A stretch of DNA of 64,000 bases from Bacilli bacterium (lineage in GTDB: Bacteria > Bacillota_I > Bacilli_A > ML615J-28 > CAG-313): positions 9,501 through 73,500 of the forward strand of contig DAOSEC010000009.1 of assembly GCA_035362935.1 (NCBI GenBank). The letters run 5' to 3'. Under the pieces are notes generated by a model, which ran no database searches, was not told the origin of the DNA, and saw only the letters and a program-made list of their open reading frames with translations. Each line of letters starts with the position of its first letter. Positions within the stretch are counted from its first letter, which is position 1. Below are positions 30,074-40,563 of the stretch, one piece after another. The position numbers were made by a program, and so were the translations under genes.

Positions 30074-30744
30074 ATTAATTTGATAATATAATCAAAAATT
30101 GGTTTCGATATCTCACTTCTTGCATTGATTTCTGGGTGCCACTGAACTCCTATGATTGGATGAGTAGTATGTTCTACCGCCTCAATTACATCATCATCAG
30201 AGATTGCTGCTACAATGAAACCAGGAGCTAAATCTTTGATTGCTTGGTGATGATAGGAATTAATCGCAAAGGAAGATGGCAATATTTCTTTGAATATGCT
30301 TCCTCCTATTAAGGTGACCTGTTGACCTGATGGTATTTTTTGATGGTTTGGCGTTTTTTCTTCTAAATCTTGATAAAGTGACCCACCTAAAAACACATTG
30401 ATTGCTTGATGACCGCGGCATATTCCTAGTAGTGGTCGTCTTTGAGAATAAGCATATTGCACAACCAGTTGATCAATGGTATCTAGTCTTGCATCAATTC
30501 CTTTTGAAATTCCATCTTCATTGGTTTGATTATAAAGGATTGGATCGATATCAGTACCTCCAGTAACCAAAAATCCATCACAAATCGAAAGAATTGGATC
30601 GAGCTCAGATACTTCTAAAGGTAGTACAATTGGAATAATATTCTCCTCAATAAAGGGGCGCAAATAGCGCTGATTTACAAATGCTTTTTCGACATTGTCT
30701 TCTTTTGTTAACCTTGGAGTGACGCCTAATATATATGATTTCAT
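30052..30744 (-). CDS. class-I glutamine amidotransferase / gamma-glutamyl hydrolase (peptidase C26, PuuD-like)
   Basis: catalytic GICRGHQ and WHPE motifs; start chosen at the second ATG (MKSYILG), which has a GAAGGG RBS. Confidence 0.8.
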   Translation of the reverse strand: MKSYILGVTPRLTKEDNVEKAFVNQRYLRPFIEENIIPIVLPLEVSELDPILSICDGFLVTGGTDIDPILYNQTNEDGISKGIDARLDTIDQLVVQYAYSQRRPLLGICRGHQAINVFLGGSLYQDLEEKTPNHQKIPSGQQVTLIGGSIFKEILPSSFAINSYHHQAIKDLAPGFIVAAISDDDVIEAVEHTTHPIIGVQWHPEINARSEISKPIFDYIIKLIKKERSS

Positions 30745-30941
30745 GTTAGATTTTCCCTTCTTCATAACTTAGTTTTATTATATCAAAGTAATGAAAATAA
30801 ACAAGCATTTTTACATTACTTTCCATATTTCACTATACAACACTCGTAAAAAATGCTATAATGAACATATGAAATTATAGATTAGCAACTGCTAAAAAAA
30901 TATATAAACAGGACAAAGAAACGAAAGAATGAGGAAATTGT

Positions 30942-33770
30942 ATGAATGATTTAAAAAATAAAAAACAACAAACAGATGAAGATAAATTAGAACAATTGAT
31001 TGATCAAGTTCTTCCAAAAGAGGAAATCAAACCAAAGGTTCGAAAAAAGAAAGATCAAATTCCATTAGAAATAAAAGCTCCAATGGAAGAGACACTCGAC
31101 GAAGAAGTAAGCAATGAACCAGTGAAAGAAGATTCTATTATAGAGAAAGCAACACCAACACCAAAACCAAAATCAAAAACGAAAAAAGAAAATGGTAGTC
31201 AAGCAAATGTCGAAGCAATAAATGGTATCAATAAGGACACTAATGTGATTCCACCAGTTGTGGTTGTAACCAATTCAATCAATGAAAAACCAAAACCAAA
31301 AAAGAAGAAGAAACAAACGCAAGAAGAAATTTTGCTAGAATATCCATTTGTTCGTTATGACCCCCTTCTTAAGAATGGGTTGAAATCCGAAGAAGTTGTT
31401 ATTCGAAACCATCAAGGGTATACCAATGCAACCAAAAAAGGTAGCACAAAAACGATACTCCAAATTATTATAACGAATGTATTTACCTTTTTTAACTTTA
31501 TTTTTGCCGGGTTGTTTATTTGGATGATGACTGCATCTGCTCCAGTTTCCAATTTTTTATTCATTGGTGTTGTAGTTATTAATACAATTATTGGTATTAC
31601 TCAAGAAATCAAAGCCAAAAAAACAATTGATAAACTATCGCTATTGTCTGCACCAGTTGCAACCGTTGTCCGCGACGGAAAAACCTTTGAAATCCCAGTA
31701 GGTGAGTTGGTACTTGATGACATTGTATTGTATAACCCAGGCAATCAAATCAGTGCTGACTGCGAAATTCAAAAGGGCGAAGTTGAAGTGAATGAATCAC
31801 TATTGACTGGTGAATCTGTACCGGTTAAGAAAAAATCGGGAGCCATGATTTATGCAGGTAGTTTTATTGTATCAGGAACTTGTATTGCTCAAGTAGAAAA
31901 CTACAATGCAGAACTAAAGAAAACAGAAAACTTTATTGATCAACTTGCGAGTCAAGCAAAAAAATACGCACGTCCAAAATCAGAAATCTTAAACTCACTT
32001 AAAATGTTATTGCGCTTTATTGGAATATTGATTATCCCAATTGGAGCTACCATTTTTTACCGATCGTTTTTTACAAAGGGAGCTCCTTATGATGATGCTG
32101 TAACATCTACAGCAGGGGCTATGATTGGAATGATACCAGCAGGATTATTCTTGTTAACCACAGTTGCCTTATATGTTGGTGTAAGTCGCTTGGCAAAACG
32201 CAAAACATTGGTACAGGAGTTACACTGTATTGAAATGTTGGCTCGCGTTAATGTGCTTTGTTTGGATAAAACGGGTACCATTACCGATGGAACCATGAGT
32301 GTAAATGATGTCATTGAATATCGTGCGAAATCAAAGTTCTCAATCAAAGAGATTATTGGGTCGATGAACTTTGTTTTAAAAGAAACCAATCAAACGGCTA
32401 TTTCATTAGAAAAACATTTTGGAAAAAACCGAAGACTAAAGCCAGAAACGGTATTGCCATTTTCAAGTGATCGAAAGTACAGTGCAGTATCATTTCGCGA
32501 AGAAGGAACCTATGTCATTGGTGCACCTGAGTTTGTGTTAAAAGCACAATATGACAAAATCAAGTCAGAAGTGGATGAATATGCGAAAAAGGGATTTCGT
32601 GTGTTAGCCCTAGCCCATTCAAGTTTACCAATAAAAGATGATAAATTACAACGAGTTCCGTCTTTGGTTGCTTTAATCGTGATTCAAGATCGCATACGTG
32701 AAGAAGCTCCAGAAACGTTAAGATATTTTAGAGAAAATGGAGTGGCAATCAAAGTCATTTCTGGGGATAACCCAATTACAGTTTCGCAAATTGCTGATCG
32801 AGTTGGTGTTGTCGATGCACATAAGTATATCTCTTTAGAAGGAATGACCGATGAAGAAGTTATGACCTCAGCAACCAAATATACCGTATTTGGTCGAGTC
32901 ACACCTGAACAAAAACAAACCCTTATTAAAGCACTTAAACAAGCTAAATATACAGTAGCGATGACAGGTGATGGTGTTAATGACATCTTAGCACTAAAAG
33001 AAGCCGATTGTAGTATTGCGATGGCCTCAGGTAGTGAAGCTGCGCGCAACGTATCTCACTTAGTATTGCTCGATTCTAACTTTGCTTCGATGCCAAAAGT
33101 AGTGGCAGAAGGAAGAAGAGCAATCAATAACATCCAACGCACGGCATCCTTATTTCTAGTGAAGACACTTTTTTCACTGATCATTAGTTTGTTTATTGTG
33201 TTTGGGCTCATTGATAAGTACCTTAGCGAACCAGGACAACTTTATCCATTCAAACCGGGAAATCTCTTGTTAATTGAGTATTTCGCAATTGGAATACCAG
33301 CAACATTCTTAGCACTGCAACCGAATAAGAACATCGTTAAGGGGAAATTCCTACCAAATGTCTTGAAAAAAGCATTGCCTGGTGGATTAACAGTTACAAT
33401 TCATGTTTTATTGACGTTTATGTTAGCAAGCACATTAGGTTTCAACCATCCTACTGTGATTACACTCATCGTTTTATCAGCAACATTCACATGTTTGGTT
33501 GTTCTGTATAACGTATCGAAGCCATATAACATTGGTCGAAGCATTCTCGTGATATTTATGTTTTTAGGAAGTATTGGAGCAGTAGTAGCGGATTTTATAT
33601 TTCGGGGAGGAACATTCTTTGGAATTGTGCCACTTGATAAAGTAGGAATCTTGTATTTACTTGTGCTAATTCAAACATCATATACGATTATTTTCTTATT
33701 TTCAAAACTATTTACATCGCTAGATAAAATCAATTTACGTAAAAAAGTCCAAAGAGCTCGCTTGAAATAG
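30942..33770 (+). CDS. cation-translocating P-type ATPase with ~150-aa Lys-rich N-terminal extension
   Basis: TGES, DKTGTIT and MTGDGVNDILALKEAD motifs with 10 TM helices; the N-terminal 1-150 is K/P/E-rich low complexity. Confidence 0.85.
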   Translation: MNDLKNKKQQTDEDKLEQLIDQVLPKEEIKPKVRKKKDQIPLEIKAPMEETLDEEVSNEPVKEDSIIEKATPTPKPKSKTKKENGSQANVEAINGINKDTNVIPPVVVVTNSINEKPKPKKKKKQTQEEILLEYPFVRYDPLLKNGLKSEEVVIRNHQGYTNATKKGSTKTILQIIITNVFTFFNFIFAGLFIWMMTASAPVSNFLFIGVVVINTIIGITQEIKAKKTIDKLSLLSAPVATVVRDGKTFEIPVGELVLDDIVLYNPGNQISADCEIQKGEVEVNESLLTGESVPVKKKSGAMIYAGSFIVSGTCIAQVENYNAELKKTENFIDQLASQAKKYARPKSEILNSLKMLLRFIGILIIPIGATIFYRSFFTKGAPYDDAVTSTAGAMIGMIPAGLFLLTTVALYVGVSRLAKRKTLVQELHCIEMLARVNVLCLDKTGTITDGTMSVNDVIEYRAKSKFSIKEIIGSMNFVLKETNQTAISLEKHFGKNRRLKPETVLPFSSDRKYSAVSFREEGTYVIGAPEFVLKAQYDKIKSEVDEYAKKGFRVLALAHSSLPIKDDKLQRVPSLVALIVIQDRIREEAPETLRYFRENGVAIKVISGDNPITVSQIADRVGVVDAHKYISLEGMTDEEVMTSATKYTVFGRVTPEQKQTLIKALKQAKYTVAMTGDGVNDILALKEADCSIAMASGSEAARNVSHLVLLDSNFASMPKVVAEGRRAINNIQRTASLFLVKTLFSLIISLFIVFGLIDKYLSEPGQLYPFKPGNLLLIEYFAIGIPATFLALQPNKNIVKGKFLPNVLKKALPGGLTVTIHVLLTFMLASTLGFNHPTVITLIVLSATFTCLVVLYNVSKPYNIGRSILVIFMFLGSIGAVVADFIFRGGTFFGIVPLDKVGILYLLVLIQTSYTIIFLFSKLFTSLDKINLRKKVQRARLK

Positions 33771-33807
33771 CGAGCTCTTATCGAATAGTATACTAGAGGT
33801 AGTCATA

Positions 33808-34410
33808 ATGAACAAAATCGAACAAATGATTGTAGAACAAGTGAATCAGATATTAAAATACGATTCAAGTGGACATAATATGGACCATATAATGAGGGTC
33901 TATCATATGGCTTTACAGATATCAAACAAAGAAGGAGGAGACGTTGCTTTGATTGGAATTGCATCTCTTCTTCATGATGTGGATGATAGTAAGTTAGTAG
34001 CCTCATCGACAGAAGATTTGGAAAATGCAACTAGGATTATGAATCTGGTTGGTTTACCTCAAGAAGACATTATGAAGGTAAAACAGATCATTCATGAGAT
34101 CTCCTATACGAAACAAGTATCAGGGGTTAAGACTTCATCCACTGAAGCAAAGATTGTTCAGGATGCGGATCGATTGGATGCGATTGGAGCCATCGGTATC
34201 GCAAGAACGTTTGCGTATGGTGGATCAAATAATCGTCCTTTGTTTGATGGTACCAATTCAAGTAGCTTAACACATTTTTACGATAAATTACTGAAACTGC
34301 ATAATTTGATGAATACAGAGTATGCAAGAGAACTTGCGAAACGAAGACAGGAGTTTCTAGTGGTTTATTTAGATCAACTTCATAAAGAATTAAACGAATC
34401 AAAAGGGTAG
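33808..34410 (+). CDS. HD-domain phosphohydrolase
   Basis: H...HD motif (HIMRVYH...LLHDVDD). Confidence 0.75.
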   Translation: MNKIEQMIVEQVNQILKYDSSGHNMDHIMRVYHMALQISNKEGGDVALIGIASLLHDVDDSKLVASSTEDLENATRIMNLVGLPQEDIMKVKQIIHEISYTKQVSGVKTSSTEAKIVQDADRLDAIGAIGIARTFAYGGSNNRPLFDGTNSSSLTHFYDKLLKLHNLMNTEYARELAKRRQEFLVVYLDQLHKELNESKG

Positions 34411-34430
34411 GAATCATTCCTACCCTAATC
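34401..34430 (-). terminator. rho-independent terminator (minus strand)
   Basis: gggtagga-atcatt-cctaccc; the U-run is present only on the minus-strand transcript. Confidence 0.6.
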
Positions 34431-34432
34431 TA

Positions 34433-35554
34433 CTATATAATTGGTTTTGTCCAAGAACGTCTTGCTTTGTGTTGTTCCACCTCAAAGTCTTTCCATTGGG
34501 ATAATACCTTATTGTTTACTTCAAGTTCAGGACCAGTTTCAGCAACTCGAACACCATTTTTAATCGATGCTTTTAATCCTTCAGCCAGTAATAAGGCGTT
34601 GACACCTCGGCCTTGATATTCTGGTTTTACTGCGATTAAACCCATCTCGAGTGTATCATGGTGCTTGATTGTACGCATCATACGATACCATCCAAGTGGG
34701 AATAATTTTCCATTTGATTTTTTTACTGCCTCAGCAAACGATGGGAAGGATAGTCCAAACCCGATCAGTTCATCGGATTGACTACGAACAAAGATAACAT
34801 AGTCTAAGTTAACTAGCATCACAAATTGTTTGATAAAGAGTTCAATTTGATTGTCGGTTAATGGTACTACGCCATATAAAGGAGCAAATGCCACATTGTA
34901 TAGTTTTAATGCCTCACGTGCAAGTGGAATTGCTTCTTTTCTTGTTTTTGCCTTAATTAGCTTATAACCATAACGTTTGATGGTAAGTTCTGAGATTCGC
35001 TCTAATCGTTCAATTGAATTTGCAGGTATAAAGACTTTATATTCAATCCAATCGGCGTCTTTTACAAACCCGAGCTCTTCCATGTGTCTTACATAATATG
35101 GATGATTGTAATAGGTAATAAAGAGGTTCATTTGATCAAACCCGCGGATTAACATCCCTTGTTTGTCCAAGTCACAAAATCCGAGGGGTCCAATGATTTC
35201 ATTCATTCCTTGAGATTTTGCCCAGTCTGTGACCGTGTTCATCAATGCTTTTGTCACTTCGATGTCATCAATGACATCAAATCTTGTAAAACGTACTCGC
35301 TTTCCACCCGATAAATCATTGTGTGCATGATTGATGATTCCACCAATTCGTCCAACAATTTTTCCATCTTTATATGCCAAAAAAAATTTAGCATCGCAAT
35401 ATTCAAATGCTGGGTTCTTTTTTGGATCAAGGTTCATTATTTCATCCATCGCTAAGGATGGAACAAACTCCTTGACGTCTTTATACAGGTGTACTGGATA
35501 ATCAATAAACTGCTTTAACATACGTTTATTGTTCACTTCTTTGATTGTAATCAT
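34433..35554 (-). CDS. tandem GNAT-fold acyltransferase-like protein
   Basis: C-terminal GNAT-like motif YQGRGVNALLLAEG; 373 aa; family assignment is tentative. Confidence 0.45.
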   Translation of the reverse strand: MITIKEVNNKRMLKQFIDYPVHLYKDVKEFVPSLAMDEIMNLDPKKNPAFEYCDAKFFLAYKDGKIVGRIGGIINHAHNDLSGGKRVRFTRFDVIDDIEVTKALMNTVTDWAKSQGMNEIIGPLGFCDLDKQGMLIRGFDQMNLFITYYNHPYYVRHMEELGFVKDADWIEYKVFIPANSIERLERISELTIKRYGYKLIKAKTRKEAIPLAREALKLYNVAFAPLYGVVPLTDNQIELFIKQFVMLVNLDYVIFVRSQSDELIGFGLSFPSFAEAVKKSNGKLFPLGWYRMMRTIKHHDTLEMGLIAVKPEYQGRGVNALLLAEGLKASIKNGVRVAETGPELEVNNKVLSQWKDFEVEQHKARRSWTKPII

Positions 35555-35709
35555 GTTCTCACGCTCCTTGTCATATTATACGCTATAACAATAAAATTGT
35601 AAAATTATTTTTCAGTATTGTACTACAAAATGAGTATTTTTTTGAACTATGGTGGGTAATTATGTTATAATAAAAGTGGCATAAGCCAGTAAGAAAGAGG
35701 TGGAAATGT

Positions 35710-36201
35710 TTGAAAGAGATCAATATTGCTAACTGGAATCACAATGCGTTCACTTTGTTTGACAAAGATTGGGGACTTGTCACAGCAGGTACAAGTGATG
35801 CGTTTAATACTATGACCATTAGTTGGGGTAGTTTAGGCATCTTATGGAATAAAAAAATTGTCACAATATATATTCGTCCAACAAGATATACATACAAGTT
35901 TATGGAATCGAATGATTATTTTACGCTATCCTTTTATACAGAGAATTATAAAGATACGCTTTTTATGCTAGGCACGAAATCAGGAAAAGAATACCCAAAA
36001 GTAAAAGAAAGCAAACTTCATCCAATCCCGTGTCAAGAAAGCATTACATTTAAAGAGGCAAAATGTACGCTTTTATGTAAAAAAATATATCACTATGACA
36101 TTTCACCCCTACAATTCCAAGACCCAACTCTAGACAAAAATTATCCAAAGTTGGATTATCACCGAGCTTATATTGGAGAAATCATCGCCATTTATGAGTA
36201 A
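35710..36201 (+). CDS. flavin reductase-like (FMN-binding split-barrel) protein
   Basis: TMTISWGSLGILWNKKIVTIYIRP signature; TTG start after aaagaggtgga. Confidence 0.7.
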   Translation: MKEINIANWNHNAFTLFDKDWGLVTAGTSDAFNTMTISWGSLGILWNKKIVTIYIRPTRYTYKFMESNDYFTLSFYTENYKDTLFMLGTKSGKEYPKVKESKLHPIPCQESITFKEAKCTLLCKKIYHYDISPLQFQDPTLDKNYPKLDYHRAYIGEIIAIYE

Positions 36202-36310
36202 GCATGTAAAAGATAGCAATCACAAGTGATTTCTATCTTTTTTAGATATTTTTCCAATAAAAGTGGATCCTTGTTTGTTTAATAGGTGAATGATGTTTTT
36301 TTAGGTCGAT

Positions 36311-36325
36311 TGTGATATAATGAGT
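36311..36325 (+). promoter_or_regulatory. extended -10 promoter TGTGATATAATGAGT (copy 1 of 2)
   Basis: 15-nt string identical to 48181-48195, upstream of the paralogous sigma gene. Confidence 0.55.
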
Positions 36326-36347
36326 TTGAAAAAGAGGGTTGAAACGT

Positions 36348-36863
36348 ATGGAAAGAACAATCGATCAGTACGTACAAATGTTAAAAAATGGAGACAACGA
36401 TGCATTTGATTATATTTACTATGAAACAAAGAATGCGGTATTTATGGTCATTGTATCGATATTAAAGGATAAGTCGTTAGCAGAAGATATTATGCAAGAT
36501 ACCTATATGCAAATGATTAAATCGCTTGATCGGTATCAAATGGGAACCAACTTCAAAAATTGGATTGTCACAATGGCGCGTAATCTTGCGATTAACGAGT
36601 ACAATAAACGCAAAAAGACCATACTGGTTGATGCAACCGAAGATCAAAGCATCCTAGGCCAAGCAATGACACCGCAAGATAAACACGAGTATTTCATCGA
36701 TGATGTGCTAAATCTTTTAGATGAAACGGAACGCCAAGTTGTAATGCTACGTATTGTGGAAAACTATTTACATAAAGATATCGCTAAAATATTAGATATG
36801 CCACTAGGGACAGTGCTATGGATATATCAAAAAGCAATTAAAAAAGTCAAAAAAATGCTATAG
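36348..36863 (+). CDS. ECF (sigma-70 family) sigma factor, copy 1
   Basis: region 2 (DIMQDTYMQMIK...NFKNWIVTMARN) and region 4 HTH (DIAKILDMPLGTV). Confidence 0.8.
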   Translation: MERTIDQYVQMLKNGDNDAFDYIYYETKNAVFMVIVSILKDKSLAEDIMQDTYMQMIKSLDRYQMGTNFKNWIVTMARNLAINEYNKRKKTILVDATEDQSILGQAMTPQDKHEYFIDDVLNLLDETERQVVMLRIVENYLHKDIAKILDMPLGTVLWIYQKAIKKVKKML

Positions 36864-36879
36864 AAAGGTGGGATGAGGT

Positions 36880-38304
36880 ATGAAATTAAACGATCTAAAG
36901 AAAAAGTTAAAAGCAGAAGTAGAAACCTATGTTCCAGATATCATCAATAAAGTCAAACCATCATCACACGATTTGCCAAGTTACAAAGACCACTTAGAAA
37001 TCATCGAAGCTCCAAAGAAACAGACGCCATTTTGGACAAAACGCTTTGCGTTGCAACTTACAAGTTTGGTGTTGATGGTAGTTCTATCGGTTTCCATAAT
37101 CATAGGATCGTTATCACCACAAGAAGCAGTGATGTCCAAAGAAGAGTTTGAAGAAGCAATGACGGAACTTGTCAATGTGGAAGTAAATCTTTGGGATTAT
37201 TTACCAACCGTTTTAAGTCCACAAGAAAGCGGAATGCCAACAAGTTATATGGCTATGTCAGTTTTAAGTCCAATCGGTCGACCAGCTTCAGTTGGCAGAC
37301 CAGAGATGAACGAAAACGAACGTCTTGCGAGTAGACAGTTAGCCAACATTCAAAACCTAATTCAAGCGATTGACATTGAAATGAAACGCATCAATGAGTT
37401 TAATGATAGTAGGTTATCGGTATTAGACAAGGCAAAATCCGAATTTAACCGAAAAAATGGAAAAGCTCAACTATCGTTTGATGTAAATAACCGTCGAGTT
37501 GAAGTGTTAATTGAATCCAAAAATAAAGTAAATCTAAAAGCAACATTACCTGTTGCTACCTATGAGCTTCAATTAGAACAAACCAATCATATCCAAAAAT
37601 TTAAAGGATCAATAGTCTATCAAAACGGACAACAAATCACCTTTGAACTAAGTGAAGAAGAACAAGTGATATCATATGTTGGATTAGAACAAGCAAAACG
37701 ATTGCGTTTTACCAACGTGGATAATATGATAATTGGTGAATTCTTAGAATTTGTAGTGTTGAATGGAAGTTCACAGTTAACAAACAAAGCAATGATCCAA
37801 GTCGATTCAAACCACACATATGTAATCACAGACTATCCACTATTAGAAGAACAAACAGAAGCAGATGTCTATGAGATTGAAGTATACGACAATGAAACAG
37901 GTGATTTTATTCTATCGAAAATCGTACTTGGAGATTTGGAAGTATATCGTTTTGATTTTGATGCATTATCTGGATTTGATACAGTTACGTATCATCAAAT
38001 TGGAGCAGGAGTGAATGCAAGAAAAGAATTTCGTGTTGATGGAGTTCGATTTGAAGACACCAATCAATATGCGATTGTTCATCGTGCATTAGCGATTCGT
38101 ACTGTAGGAAATTCACGATTTGGTGTGACACGATATGTTTTAATTCCATACTTGCTTGTTGAAAAATCCTATTTCGATGTAAATGGACTTCCATCACCAT
38201 TTGTAAATGGTGAAGTTGATATCTATGATATCATAATAAAACTTGAACAATTAGATGTAAAATATCAGATATTTATGAGTGAAGAATCTAGTTTTGAAAG
38301 TTGA
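36880..38304 (+). CDS. putative anti-sigma factor (single-pass membrane protein with large extracytoplasmic domain)
   Basis: 17 nt downstream of the sigma gene; ~60-aa cytoplasmic N-terminus, one TM (LVLMVVLSVSIIIGSL), ~390-aa ectodomain. Confidence 0.55.
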   Translation: MKLNDLKKKLKAEVETYVPDIINKVKPSSHDLPSYKDHLEIIEAPKKQTPFWTKRFALQLTSLVLMVVLSVSIIIGSLSPQEAVMSKEEFEEAMTELVNVEVNLWDYLPTVLSPQESGMPTSYMAMSVLSPIGRPASVGRPEMNENERLASRQLANIQNLIQAIDIEMKRINEFNDSRLSVLDKAKSEFNRKNGKAQLSFDVNNRRVEVLIESKNKVNLKATLPVATYELQLEQTNHIQKFKGSIVYQNGQQITFELSEEEQVISYVGLEQAKRLRFTNVDNMIIGEFLEFVVLNGSSQLTNKAMIQVDSNHTYVITDYPLLEEQTEADVYEIEVYDNETGDFILSKIVLGDLEVYRFDFDALSGFDTVTYHQIGAGVNARKEFRVDGVRFEDTNQYAIVHRALAIRTVGNSRFGVTRYVLIPYLLVEKSYFDVNGLPSPFVNGEVDIYDIIIKLEQLDVKYQIFMSEESSFES

Positions 38305-38323
38305 ACAATGTAAGATGATAACT

Positions 38324-38352
38324 AAAGTAGAAGGGTGACCTTCTACTTTTTC
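38324..38352 (+). terminator. rho-independent terminator
   Basis: aaagtagaagg-gtgac-cttctacttttt. Confidence 0.8.
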
Positions 38353-38429
38353 ATATAAAAAAAGTGATTATTTATTGGAACTGTGATACAATAGGACTAA
38401 CAAATCACATATAAGTGAGGTGAGGCATT

Positions 38430-39101
38430 ATGACGATGGATCAAGTACTAACTTACTTTGAAGAACGAGGTACAGAATCTCGTATCAAACATTTGGTGCG
38501 TGATGGTGTAACGCAAACTTGTTTTGGTGTACCAATGACGGATTTAAGAACTCTTGCGAAGAAAATCAAATGCAATCACGAATTAGGAATGGAATTATGG
38601 AAAAGCAAGTATTTCGAAGCGATGCTACTTGCTTGTATGATTATGGATGGAACGTTATTTTCCGAAGATGAATTACACCAAATGGTTGAGGAAATCAATC
38701 ATTGGTTACTAATCGACTTTTTTGTTCGTTATGTCGTACTTTCCTCACCTGAACTTGATATTGTCTCAAAAAAATGGATGAATCACTCTTGCTTTTTGGT
38801 AGGACGTGCAGGATGGATGATTGAAGTTGAAAAAATCATCAATCATGTTGAACCTGTTTCCAACTATGAAGCATTGTTAGACGATATTAAGCATAAAATG
38901 AAGTACGCACCAGTTAAGAAACAAGAAGCGATGAACCGGATGCTGGTTGAAATTGCGACTCGTAAGAACGAATATTATCATCAAGCAATTGAGATTGCAA
39001 CTACAATTGGCCCACTTGATGATAAACCCGTTAAAAAAGGATGTATCTCAAGTTATGCTCCAATATGGATCGCATCCATTTTAAATAAAAAAGACAACTA
39101 A
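38430..39101 (+). CDS. DNA alkylation repair protein (AlkD/AlkC-like HEAT-repeat glycosylase family)
   Basis: resembles the DNA alkylation repair enzyme family (TESRIKHLVRDGVTQTCFGVPMTDLRTLAKK...). Confidence 0.65.
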   Translation: MTMDQVLTYFEERGTESRIKHLVRDGVTQTCFGVPMTDLRTLAKKIKCNHELGMELWKSKYFEAMLLACMIMDGTLFSEDELHQMVEEINHWLLIDFFVRYVVLSSPELDIVSKKWMNHSCFLVGRAGWMIEVEKIINHVEPVSNYEALLDDIKHKMKYAPVKKQEAMNRMLVEIATRKNEYYHQAIEIATTIGPLDDKPVKKGCISSYAPIWIASILNKKDN

Positions 39102-39119
39102 TGGAAACAGGAGACTCTC

Positions 39120-40259
39120 ATGAAAAAAATATTTTATGTCATAATTGCGATGGTGCTACTAGCCATAGGAATTTCTAACAACCTAACTCTTGCATCAGAA
39201 GAAACACCACAAGCAGTTTATTTTTACTCACCAACTTGTTCCACTTGTGCTCAGTGGGGGCCTTATATGGATCAAATCATCGAATTAGGTGTTAATCTTG
39301 AAAAGGTTAGCACAATGACCCAAGAAGGTTACCGTTTGTTTGAAGATTATAAGCTAACCTATTTGGTTCCAAGAAACGAAGGAACGGTTCCGTTGCTTTT
39401 TGTTGGAGATGAGTTTTACGGTTTTGAAGACTTTGATACGGTCAAACAATTGATATCATCTCAAGAAATCATTGCATTAGCCAATACCCCATTAAAACCG
39501 CTTCAAAGTAGCAATCCTCAAACCATTGCTGGATTTGTTGGGTTTTTATATGTTGTATTTTCTGGGTTGTTAGATGGATTTAACCCGTGTGCAATTGCTA
39601 TGTTATTACTATTTATATCCTTGCTTGGATTTTCGAAAGATAAAAAGATTTTAATAGGAGTTAGCATTTCGTATATTGCGGCATTGTTTTTAACTTATTT
39701 TGCGTTAGGAACATTCTTGTTCCAATTCTTGCACTTGTTTAACTTTGCTAGTTTAACGATATTTTTAAACATATTTATATTAGTATTATGCTCGATTCTA
39801 TTCTTATTTAACTTATATGATTTCTTTATGAGTCGTAAAAACCGTTTTGATAAGATTAAGAATCAATTGCCAAAAGGGTTAAAACGATTCAATCAAAACA
39901 TCATTCGTACGTTTACCAAAAAGATGAAAGAAGGAAGCATCGCAGTTTACTTCTTAGCTTTTTTACTTGGGGTTATTATCTCGTTTACAGAATTTTTATG
40001 TACGGGTCAAGTCTATTTACCAGTCATTATCAGTTTGATTCAGTTTAGTGAAGATTTTCAACTTGGTGCATATTTGTATTTAATTGTGTATAACTTTATG
40101 TTTGTACTGCCTTTGATCGTCATTACTGTGTTCGCCGTGAAATCAAAATCAGTTATGGCTGCTAGTGAAAAAATTAGAGAAAAGATGTATTTAATTAAGT
40201 TAATCAATGCATTGCTTTTCTTAGCAATCGTGATTTACTATATCTTTAAGTTAGTGTAG
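39120..40259 (+). CDS. thioredoxin-like domain fused to CcdA/DsbD-type thiol:disulfide transmembrane reductase
   Basis: signal/TM, CSTC motif in the N-terminal domain, CcdA-like TM Cys motifs (FNPCAIAML; FLCTGQV). Confidence 0.7.
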   Translation: MKKIFYVIIAMVLLAIGISNNLTLASEETPQAVYFYSPTCSTCAQWGPYMDQIIELGVNLEKVSTMTQEGYRLFEDYKLTYLVPRNEGTVPLLFVGDEFYGFEDFDTVKQLISSQEIIALANTPLKPLQSSNPQTIAGFVGFLYVVFSGLLDGFNPCAIAMLLLFISLLGFSKDKKILIGVSISYIAALFLTYFALGTFLFQFLHLFNFASLTIFLNIFILVLCSILFLFNLYDFFMSRKNRFDKIKNQLPKGLKRFNQNIIRTFTKKMKEGSIAVYFLAFLLGVIISFTEFLCTGQVYLPVIISLIQFSEDFQLGAYLYLIVYNFMFVLPLIVITVFAVKSKSVMAASEKIREKMYLIKLINALLFLAIVIYYIFKLV

Positions 40260-40266
40260 GTGGAGT

Positions 40267-40563
40267 ATGAAAGACTGGGTCAAAATAATCAATTCGGAAG
40301 GAATTACGGTGTTTTCTGGCAATATTCTCGATTTGCCACTTAAGAATGATTACGTTATCAAACGGAGCATTGAACTCTTTGATGATGCGGATCCTTGTAT
40401 CATTCATCGTTCTTATGTTATTCGTAAAGTAGTTGACGAAATCAAAATAATGCTTAAGGTCAAAGATCAAACAGGAATCGCTCTTTCCCCATATAAAGAT
40501 CAATTATCGTTTCTTCAGTTTGAAGATCTCACAAAGCTAACCATCTATTTTGGGGTGAAGTAA
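40267..40563 (+). CDS. hypothetical protein (98 aa)
   Basis: strong RBS ggtggag directly upstream; tightly packed between the CcdA and GH18 genes; no recognisable motif. Confidence 0.5.
   Translation: MKDWVKIINSEGITVFSGNILDLPLKNDYVIKRSIELFDDADPCIIHRSYVIRKVVDEIKIMLKVKDQTGIALSPYKDQLSFLQFEDLTKLTIYFGVK

Noticed and set aside
40246-40503. Minus-strand 85-aa ORF overlapping the 40267..40563 + ORF
   Set aside because: The + strand ORF has a perfect ggtggag RBS and fits the operon spacing; the minus ORF has no RBS.
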